IMG/VR virus record: IMGVR_UViG_3300011890_000001 | Span: 160,001-224,000 of that record | Length of the DNA stretch: 64,000 nucleotides | Direction: 5' to 3' (one strand) | Source of the DNA: a virus | Lineage: Duplodnaviria; Caudoviricetes | Shown: positions 38,146 through 46,600 of the stretch, piece by piece | Layout of the letters: every line of letters starts with the position of its first letter | How positions within the stretch are numbered: the stretch's first letter is position 1 | Position numbers and translations under genes: made by a program | The notes under the pieces: model-generated | Databases searched by the model: none | The model's input: only the letters and a program-made list of their open reading frames with translations | What the model was told of the DNA's origin: nothing

Positions 38146-38739
38146 ATGACCAAAGAAGCCGACGACATCCTCAACGATGATGACAAAGGCGTCCGCCGCG
38201 CCCGAGGCATTCTCTCGTTGTTCTGGAGAAGGTTGCTACAGATTCGTAAAATCGATGGCGATAAGTGGGATCGCTTGATGACCGCATATTTGTCGGACCC
38301 ACGCAATGGCGTGCCCGACAACCCACGTGACCGGTCTTCCACTCGCGGCAATATCAACCGCGAGCTGCGACGCGACAACATGACCTGGAAGGTGTTCCTT
38401 AAGGCGCTGAACTTCAGTGGTGCCGTCAAGGTCTCATTCCAGGTGACCGTGTCGTTCAAGGACAACAAGACCTGTAAGCTCTCCGCAATGCTTCAGGATC
38501 AACGTGTCACGCTCAATGTAATCGAAGATGAGTCTGATCTGGACGATACGCTGCCAGAGATCCCGGAAGTACCTGAGATCGACGAAAACACCAAGGTCGA
38601 TGTCACGTACCAAAGGCCGCGCATGGCCGGTAGTCCGCCGGTTTCCACCAGGACCATCAATGACCCGCATCATCGTCAGTTTGACACACTGAAACGTGCC
38701 GTGGCTCGCTTCCTACCAAGGTCCGACCAGGGTAAATGA
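38146..38739 (+). CDS. Conserved phiKZ-like hypothetical protein
   Basis: GAGG RBS before MTKE; GILSLFWR...YLSDPRN...RGN...MTWKVF.KAL motifs. Confidence 0.7.
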   Translation: MTKEADDILNDDDKGVRRARGILSLFWRRLLQIRKIDGDKWDRLMTAYLSDPRNGVPDNPRDRSSTRGNINRELRRDNMTWKVFLKALNFSGAVKVSFQVTVSFKDNKTCKLSAMLQDQRVTLNVIEDESDLDDTLPEIPEVPEIDENTKVDVTYQRPRMAGSPPVSTRTINDPHHRQFDTLKRAVARFLPRSDQGK

Positions 38740-38742
38740 GCA

Positions 38743-38777
38743 AAGGGTACGGGCGGTTATCCGCCCGTACCTTTATG
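38743..38777 (+). terminator. Hairpin terminator
   Basis: GGTACGGGCGG-ttat-CCGCCCGTACC-TTTATG. Confidence 0.75.
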
Positions 38778-38872
38778 GTCTTTGGCACCGCATGATAGTG
38801 TGACAGTAGGAAACACTCCTAATGAACAACGGCGGTTCCACCAAGAACCACTACCCCTTCCGGTAACTACAC

Positions 38873-39445
38873 ATGACTGACATCAAACCCCTCGAACCCG
38901 ACGAACGTCCAAATCCAGACAACGATGGTGTTGACCACATCAACATCTATTCCAAAGGACGCACGCCTCTGGGACGAATGCTCTCCAATTTCGCCCACAT
39001 CATTTTCTACCATCCGAAGCATGGAGTATTTGCTTCGGTTGAGGCGTATTGGTACTGGCTCGCCACCGGCATGAAGCACGACGGTCTGCGCCGTCTGTAC
39101 GGCGCTTCTGCAAAGTCAGCGGGTATTCGTGAGCTTCCGGTGAAGATGGCAGACGAGGAGTTCCGCCGTCACATCTGCGACGCTCTGACTCTGAAGGTTG
39201 CCCAGAATCTCCAACTGGCCAAGGCACTGAGTGTCAGCACGCTGCCCCTGCGGCATTATTATGCTTACGGTGCATGCAAGCCAGCGGTTCATGAGAACAA
39301 GAAGCATCAATGGCAGTTGGATCACATCCAGATGCTGCGTGACCGGGTTTCTGAGGGACAGCCGTTGTTTATCTCCGACGGCACCAACGCCGCGTTGATG
39401 AGCGTGGCCCCTGTCGAAGAATGCGTCGTGAGCGACGACGACTGA
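38873..39445 (+). CDS. NADAR-superfamily protein (T4 gp30.3-like)
   Basis: LSNFA...F.SVE...YGASAKSAG...KVAQN..L..AL..S.LPL.HY motif order matches NADAR/YbiA-type proteins. Confidence 0.65.
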   Translation: MTDIKPLEPDERPNPDNDGVDHINIYSKGRTPLGRMLSNFAHIIFYHPKHGVFASVEAYWYWLATGMKHDGLRRLYGASAKSAGIRELPVKMADEEFRRHICDALTLKVAQNLQLAKALSVSTLPLRHYYAYGACKPAVHENKKHQWQLDHIQMLRDRVSEGQPLFISDGTNAALMSVAPVEECVVSDDD

Positions 39446-39446
39446 A

Positions 39447-39482
39447 ATAAAGAGAGGAGCCTTCGGGCTCCTCTCTTTTATG
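39447..39482 (+). terminator. Intrinsic terminator
   Basis: AAAGAGAGGAGCC-ttcg-GGCTCCTCTCTTT, cUUCGg tetraloop. Confidence 0.85.
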
Positions 39483-39542
39483 GTGCTTGTTTTTTTTTCT
39501 CAATCCTATGATAGCTATTACATTACCTTTAGGTGAAAGTCC

Positions 39543-41096
39543 ATGTCTAACAACCGTTTTGGTGTCGTTCGGGAAAACGTAGGTCTGGTTGCCGGTCAGG
39601 TGCAAATCAACACTTCCGGTACGAATATCACGAACCCCATCGTGACAGGGTACCGTACCGAGTCGATGCTTTCTGGACTCGTACGTGAGGAGGGTAGCGC
39701 TGCCTTGCGGAAGGCTGCAGGTAGTTTGGCCAGTAAACGTCTGAATCGTATCATCAATGACAATCTGGCTAACATCTCAACGACTGGGATCAATCAGAAG
39801 GCCCTTAACAAGGCCGTAGAGGCCGCCCGTTCTGCGGCCGACAAGATCGGTAGTGTGCTGGGCGGAAAGAGCAGCCTGAGCAGCCTAACGAGCACCGTCT
39901 CCAGTGCAGGTAGCAATCTGGAGAAAACCATCACCAACTCAGTCACCGGTACAGTGGATCGTCTTGCTAGTTCTGCACAAGACAAACTCTCAAAGGCAGT
40001 AACTGGTGCGCTGGGTAACTCGGTGGGCGGTCTGTTGGGTGAACAGCTCTCTAAGCTGAGCGACACTGCGGCCAAGAACCTGGCTGGCGCACGACTGGCT
40101 CCAGGCTTCCTGGAGAACGGCCCAGACGAGGCTCTGGCTGCTACTGACGTTTATGGTCTCAGTGACAGCAGTATTCTCAACAACGCAAAGTCGGGTATTA
40201 GCGATATGGCCAGTAAGGCCTTCGACACTATCCGCAAGTCTTCCGGCAGTCTGCTGACCGACCTGGTGAAAGCCAAGCTGCGCGGGGACGATAACGCCGT
40301 CAATAACTTTAAGGACAATCTCTCTAGTCGTGTTCTTGGTACCTTGGGCGGTAAGTCGGGCATTCTGGATAGTCTTGCTCCCGACCTGAAGAATTCGGTG
40401 ATGGGTGCGTTCGGCTTGAATGGTTCAGACTTCAACTCCGCTATGGTGGAAATCGGTGGAGTGCTGCGCCGAGTTGATGCAGAGAACATGGACGCCACTC
40501 GGTCCATCCTCACACTGGCTAACAACCTTACGCGCACCTCCGTAGTTGGACGCGTGGTTGACATTGCGGCCGAGTCCTCACTACTGGCCGGTGTGGTACG
40601 CGAGGCTATCAACCTCGGGGTGCCAGACATCGTCGACATCCTGATTGAAAATGCTAAGACCACCGAAGTTGGTGAGATTGCCATGCGGGCGAACATGATC
40701 GTGGCTATCGAGAAGGGCGACCTTGCTACGATCCAGACCATGGTCACGCGTATGGGTCGGGAAGGGTATCTGTCATACGTACCCGACGCCATTCGCCAGA
40801 TCGGCAGTTACTATCGCATCCCGTCCACGCTGGCCGAGACGGACTATCCGACTGAACTTAATCGGATGCTCCAGATCTTCAATCAACTCGATCCTCACTG
40901 GCGTGAAGTTGATCGTGGCGGTACCAGCATCAGCAGCCTGGCAGTTTACTCCGGGCTCAGTGAGGATGCACGCACGCTCTTCTTGACCGACCCTAGCCTT
41001 CAGCTAGAGGTGGCAGTGGCTACGGGCTACACCAATCTGCTGGATGGTCGCGTGATGCTCAAAAACGCCTACCCGCTTGCACCGTTTAACCCATAA
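39543..41096 (+). CDS. Virion structural protein (probable tail/baseplate)
   Basis: 517 aa; S/A/G/L-rich low-complexity N-half; GPDEALAATDVYG motif; TATG at 39507 upstream. Confidence 0.6.
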   Translation: MSNNRFGVVRENVGLVAGQVQINTSGTNITNPIVTGYRTESMLSGLVREEGSAALRKAAGSLASKRLNRIINDNLANISTTGINQKALNKAVEAARSAADKIGSVLGGKSSLSSLTSTVSSAGSNLEKTITNSVTGTVDRLASSAQDKLSKAVTGALGNSVGGLLGEQLSKLSDTAAKNLAGARLAPGFLENGPDEALAATDVYGLSDSSILNNAKSGISDMASKAFDTIRKSSGSLLTDLVKAKLRGDDNAVNNFKDNLSSRVLGTLGGKSGILDSLAPDLKNSVMGAFGLNGSDFNSAMVEIGGVLRRVDAENMDATRSILTLANNLTRTSVVGRVVDIAAESSLLAGVVREAINLGVPDIVDILIENAKTTEVGEIAMRANMIVAIEKGDLATIQTMVTRMGREGYLSYVPDAIRQIGSYYRIPSTLAETDYPTELNRMLQIFNQLDPHWREVDRGGTSISSLAVYSGLSEDARTLFLTDPSLQLEVAVATGYTNLLDGRVMLKNAYPLAPFNP

Positions 41097-41098
41097 CA

Positions 41099-41143
41099 GC
41101 ATAAGCCCACCACTGACCGTAGGCGGTCAGTGGTGGGCTTATG
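41099..41143. terminator. Long perfect hairpin
   Basis: CATAAGCCCACCACTGACCG-tagg-CGGTCAGTGGTGGGCTTATG 20-bp stem. Confidence 0.8.
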
Positions 41144-41147
41144 GGTT

Positions 41148-41350
41148 GAGACGCTGCGTCCTTCCTGTAAGGATGACTTCATCCCGTGCTAATCTAAAGA
41201 AGAGGAGAGTTTTTGCGTAGTGGTAATCTGCGCGTGTCCTTCAGAAATTTAGTCGCACCCCTGCCGGGTGTGCTAGTTTCTTCTTTAGTGTTGGGACCGT
41301 CTAGGTAGTTTGGTTGGGGGCGTCGTCTCTACAGGGTAAGGAGCCCCTGT
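41148..41350 (+). ncRNA. Candidate structured non-coding element (copy 2)
   Basis: Gap lacking a listed ORF; nested stems GAGACG/CGTCTC, CTAAAGAAGA/TCTTCTTTAG, GAGTTTTT/AGAAATTT, GCGTAG/CTGCGC, GCACCC/GGGTGT, ACAGGG/CCCTGT; G-U pairs favour the + strand. Confidence 0.4.
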
Positions 41351-41365
41351 TGAAAAATACTGCGA

Positions 41366-43573
41366 TTAGTCCGGACGATCCGTTTCGGTCGACAGTGCGT
41401 TGATCAAACGACCAGGCAATGTGTTACCGACGAACATCGACACGCGGGCCGGGGACTTCCAAGAACGCCAGTTCTGCATCTGACGATAGCGCGACAGGCG
41501 CCAGCGACGATTTGCATAAACCAGATCCTGCCAACTCAGACCACCGAGTACAGCCATGTAGTCATTGAAGGCGTTATCGTCGTCGTAGGTGCCCTTCTGG
41601 AAATAAGACGCGATGTTTGAACCAGCTTCACCGCCCACCAGATCACCAACACCCTGGATAAACATATCGGTGAAACCGAAGTTAGCCTGGATGGGTAGAT
41701 GCATGATCGAGGACAGGTCAGCGATCGTGAAGTTCACGTCGATACCCAGGGCCTGACCATCTTGGTTCCACCCGAGGTTACCCTCACCACGCGAAATCGA
41801 GAGGGATTCGAACATACCCAATCGAATAGCGTGACGGCCGCGACAGTAGGCTTCACAGATGAATGGCGACGTATAGGAACGCTTACCGGTAGACAACGGC
41901 ATAGCCGCGGCCAACAACATAGCCAGCGGTACATACAGATTCATGAACAACGACATGCGCGTACCGTAAGGAGAGCGCAACTGAATGCTGTACGAAGCCT
42001 TAGGTAGATTCACCGAAGACCCTGACCACGTCTTGGGGATGTCAACGAAGGCGTTGCCCGCAAGGGCCATCAAGCCCGACATCTGGAGTCCGTCCAGGGC
42101 ACCGGTAATGACATCCTTCGCCGCATTGGCCACCGACCCCACCAGACCGCCAATCAGACCATCGCCGGCGATATTACCGTTGGCCAAGTCAAATCGAGCA
42201 GAACGCGCACTGGAGGACATCGAGTTGAACTTCTGCGACACCTGGGATTCTTCAGTGGTCGAAGAGAAGTCTTCAGAAACCGTACCCGAGTAACCTACAC
42301 GGAAGCTAACGAACTGCGCACCGTCTCGACGCTCGCCTTCGTACATGTTGGCGAACTCACCAACGAGGTTATACCACGGACGTGAGCCGTTGGGTTCTGA
42401 GGCCTCGACGCCCTTCGTCTCTTCTGTGGCTGTACCGCCGGGATTGAGATCTGCATCAGCCGTAGCAGCAGCCGTGCCGTCCAGCTTGATGTAGCTGGTT
42501 TCCATGCTCTCCTGGTTGCGTGGATTATTCAGGTACAGCGCGCGGTAGCCGTCAATGTCGCCTGGGGTATCTTTCAGTTCGCCACTGGTCATCTTGGCGC
42601 GTACTTCGTTGATCGCCGCAAACAAGCGAGCAGCGGTCGAAGACGGGTCCATCGGATTGCCGCTGATTTCGTCCAGCTTCGTATAAAGCTCAGTGTTGAA
42701 CATGTTAGCCAGGCGCTGTGCGCGATTGGCCACCTTGTAAACGTCAATACCTGCATACTGCCCGTTGGACTTCAGGAAGATGTCAGGTACGTGTTTGGCA
42801 TACTCCTCCATCGTCTCTTTCTGGTCAGCTGCGATCTGGCTACCGTCGGCACCGGTCATACCCGCCTGCATCGGCGTCATGGCCTGCGGAGTGATACCTA
42901 GGTTCACAGCCAAGGCGTTAGCGATCGTATTGACTGCCGTCCAGTACGGGTACATGGTCGGCTTCAGGTAGTAGTACTTGGACGAAGGCCAGTTGCCCAG
43001 GTACTTAATGAACTGACCACCCAAGATCAGAGGCTGCAACGGCAGCGCTACCAAGAAACCAGCAACGCGGCCTGCCATGGTGAACGCACTGGTAGTGCGA
43101 CCCGTACGCGCAAAGTTCGCCTGATTGGAATCGTAGAAGTTACCGAAGAACTGGGTCAGAGAATTGTATTCAGGAACACCGAAGCGGATGACGAGGTCCT
43201 GCCCCCAATCGTCAATGGCTTCGGAGTAGTACCGGCCCATACCGGCCGAAGGGGTCGTATGGCGGTTGATGCTGGTCCCAGTGGACGCCTGGAACTTACC
43301 CGTGGAGTTCATCCAACGGACACCACCAGGCGTTGTCGACCGCCGGCCGGCGTTACCATCGGCGTAGTCGGCGCTACCGCCTACACGGATATCGGCAAAA
43401 CGCGTGAACTGCGGCGGAGCGTTAATGGAGAAATTGCCACCGAGGGTAGTGTCGGTGAATTTGTAGGCCGCCGATGTCAGGACGCGGCGGCGTCGGTCGG
43501 TGGCATCCAGCGCACCCTCTGGCAGGAGAAATGCTTGCTGAACCCACACCTTGTCTTTAATACGAAACGACAT
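41366..43573 (-). CDS. Baseplate/tail-tip protein (phiKZ gp182-like)
   Basis: KFTDTTLGGN..INAPPQFTR.ADI, GMGRYYSEAIDD, FGVPEYNSL, YTSPF, LGMFESLSISRG; directly after the tape-measure gene. Confidence 0.75.
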   Translation of the reverse strand: MSFRIKDKVWVQQAFLLPEGALDATDRRRRVLTSAAYKFTDTTLGGNFSINAPPQFTRFADIRVGGSADYADGNAGRRSTTPGGVRWMNSTGKFQASTGTSINRHTTPSAGMGRYYSEAIDDWGQDLVIRFGVPEYNSLTQFFGNFYDSNQANFARTGRTTSAFTMAGRVAGFLVALPLQPLILGGQFIKYLGNWPSSKYYYLKPTMYPYWTAVNTIANALAVNLGITPQAMTPMQAGMTGADGSQIAADQKETMEEYAKHVPDIFLKSNGQYAGIDVYKVANRAQRLANMFNTELYTKLDEISGNPMDPSSTAARLFAAINEVRAKMTSGELKDTPGDIDGYRALYLNNPRNQESMETSYIKLDGTAAATADADLNPGGTATEETKGVEASEPNGSRPWYNLVGEFANMYEGERRDGAQFVSFRVGYSGTVSEDFSSTTEESQVSQKFNSMSSSARSARFDLANGNIAGDGLIGGLVGSVANAAKDVITGALDGLQMSGLMALAGNAFVDIPKTWSGSSVNLPKASYSIQLRSPYGTRMSLFMNLYVPLAMLLAAAMPLSTGKRSYTSPFICEAYCRGRHAIRLGMFESLSISRGEGNLGWNQDGQALGIDVNFTIADLSSIMHLPIQANFGFTDMFIQGVGDLVGGEAGSNIASYFQKGTYDDDNAFNDYMAVLGGLSWQDLVYANRRWRLSRYRQMQNWRSWKSPARVSMFVGNTLPGRLINALSTETDRPD

Positions 43574-43600
43574 AGTCGGCCTCGATTGGAAAATGGAAAG

Positions 43601-43633
43601 GAAGACCGGGGAGGTTGCCCTCCCCGGTTCCTT
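43601..43633 (-). terminator. Hairpin between tape-measure and tail-tip genes
   Basis: ACCGGGGAGG-ttgc-CCTCCCCGGT, followed on the minus strand by a pyrimidine-rich tail. Confidence 0.55.
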
Positions 43634-43640
43634 GGTTTAC

Positions 43641-46600
43641 TTACTGGTCGTACCGAACGCTCACAGGAGCCTCACGCCGCTGCCCAAAACTACGGGTGGC
43701 GGTGGGGGACTGTGCCGGAGCCGGAGAACTCGCAGGTGCCGTAGCACCGGCGGGCTTTTCCGCAATGCCCGGCTGACGCAAGAGCTGACGCAACAACGAC
43801 ACTGCATCGGACGTGTTGGTTTCAATCTTGCGCTGCACTTCATAGGATCGATTCAGGATATCGCCGATGCCCGTCATGCGGGCCTCTTCATTACGCTGAG
43901 TATTGATCTGCTGAGATGCGATCTGGCGCTGGTCTGCAGCACGCGCTACAGCGGCACGTTCCGCTGCCGCTCTCTGCTCCGCATCAGCCTGACGCTGCGT
44001 TGCAGCGCTGGCCTCCAGACTGCGAACAGACTGGATCGAAGGAGCAGGGGAAGCGGTTGGGATGCTCGTTTCAGTGGCAGAGCGAGCCGTTGTCACTACA
44101 TCGTTGGCAATACCGTTGGAACCGGTGACCACCAGCAGGAACGGACGACCTGCCATCTTGGCCAGGAACGTCTCCATCGCACCACGGGATGACGTGATGG
44201 ACTTCTGACCACCTTGCTCACCGCGACCCAGACCCAGCAGGATGCAACCGCGACTGTTGGCCTTCATGCCCTTGGACATGTCACCTGCGAAGTTACCTGC
44301 ATGGATCAGGATACCCGAACGGCCAGGAACATTCTTCACTTCGTACGCGTTACCAAAATTGGTCGTGGCGCGCATTTCTGCACGATACGAACCAACCGGA
44401 ATGCACGACATCTGCGGAGCGTTTTCCTTCCACGGCAATTCCAGCGAGTGGAGTGCCGTACCGTCAGGCAAGGTGAATCGACCGAACGTACCGCTATCGC
44501 TAGACGGTTCACGTACCAGTCGCACGATGGGCAGGTCACCGGTCGGGACAGAGCTGCTACCCGTGGGGATAGTCGCAGCTGCCGCGGCCGGTGCGGTGCC
44601 GCTAGCGCGCGCCGGAGCCGCCTGTGGGGCCACAGCGGACGTTTGCGGAGCCGCTGCCGACACACCACCCGTGTTGCCAGTGACGGCCGTGGGGGTGGAG
44701 TTAACAGCACGCGTACCGGTTGCGGTCAACGGGGCGGCCGCAGCGGCAGTCGCCGAACTCACAGGGGTCACACCAGCAGTGGAACTAACACTACTGGAAA
44801 CGCCAGCGAATGCGGCAGTTGCTGCCAGACCCGCCATTGCTTCCGGATAGTCCACATTGACGCGAGCCAGTCGAGCCAGGATCTTCTGCTTGATCTCACC
44901 GACGGTCAGAGCACGGGTACCTTCGTAGAACGTCGGACGATTGCTACCGGCGGCCGAAGGCAGGACACGGGCACCGATCTCACTATCGCCTGCGCGACAG
45001 AAAGTGCGGTAACCGCCAGCACCCAGGAAGTGCGACATGTAAACGTCGAGCTCCGTTACCGGACGACCAATCCAACGCGCCATCGAATCGGCATTCTCCT
45101 TGATGAAGCACGCACCCATCAACGCGTTTGCACGCGCATCAGTACGATTCGCATTCAAAGAGACACCGAACTTGGGACCATACTTCGTCAGCATGCTTGC
45201 CCAAGTGGAGCGGATGAACTGGAACAGACCAGTAGCGCTGGACGTGCTGGCAGAGACACCTGCGTGGAAGGACGATTCCAACGCACACATGCGCATCATC
45301 ATGCCAGGATCCACACCCACCATTCGGGCCGCAGCCACGATCAGCGGTTTGTAGATCTTAGCGCGTTCGTCACCCTTACGGATGGCGCTCACCTCGAAGT
45401 TCGGCGGAGGGGTAGGCAGACTATTGATGTCGCCGCCCGAACCACCGCCCGGATGCACCACCGGTGCCAGACTACCGTGCGTGGCACTGAAGGTGTTGAG
45501 ACCCGAAGTACCAACGTTCATAGCGGCCTGACCCACACCGGCCCAATCGCCTTCCTTAGCTGCTTCGTAACCGCTCGTCAAGGCATTACCAATAGCACGG
45601 AAGCCAGCAACTGCACCGTCCACGGTTCGACCTGCGAAGTTACGATTCCCCTTAGCGCCCAGGAGCCAGTCAGAAGCGGCGCGTGCGCCACTCCTCATGG
45701 AATCCATCATGCTGCCGAGAATACCGCGATCCTTCTTAACGGCAGCCGCTTGTCCATCCACTGCGTCCTCACGTACGGTTTCCTTCTCGACCTTCTGCTT
45801 CAGCACCAGCAAGGAGCCGGCTACCGCATTGGAATCGGAATTCAACTGTTCACGTGCAGACCAGGGCGAACTCCGCCAGTTCCAGATCGATTCGCCATTT
45901 CCGTTTTTCGCCGCCATCACTGCCTGTGAGACCTGGACAAGATCAGACGGTTTGAGCGTACGCTCGGGAGTGGCGAAGTCAGCAGAGCTGTTGGCAGCTC
46001 TTACGGCACCCAAGTACGCCGCCAGCGTCGGCTGGAAGCGATTGATGTACCACTGACACCAGCGTGCACGATCTTCCGTAGAGTTCGGCGTGAGGCCAAA
46101 CAGGCCCGCTACGTTGCTATAGACTTGGTCGGCATCCAGCAGGAAGTGTACCCGACCACTGGAGCTAACGCCCACATTCTTCAGAACGTGTTGTTCCGTA
46201 GCCAGCAATGCACGCACGCGATCTTGATCCAAATTACCTAGACCGTAAGCACGTACACGAATTGCCTGAGTGGCAGTGAGCTTGCCCAGACGAACCAACG
46301 TGGAGGGCAGCAGGTTGTCTGCTCCCTTCGTGTTGATGATCGTGCCGGTCGTGGCGGCCAGGGGCTGGCCCGTTTCCTTCTCAATGTTTTCGGCGGTTGC
46401 TTGCGCGGCGCGCTCCTCATCCTTCTTACGCTGGTGTCGATCCCACAGTTTGACGCCCACCAAACCCACAGGTGTGAACATGGCCATTGTGCGTATCGCA
46501 CCTAGGGCCTTACTGCGGTTCTTCTCTTCTGGCGTTTTACCAATCTCCTTCAGTGCCAGATTGAATGCATCTTCAATCTCATTGACGGAGGTAACTGCCG

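Noticed and set aside
41148-41350. Hammerhead ribozyme, RNase P RNA or a small ORF
   Set aside because: No CUGANGA/GAAA core found by eye; GAGGAGAGTT only loosely resembles the RNase P motif and lacks its pairing partner; the ATG ORF noticed is just 15 codons
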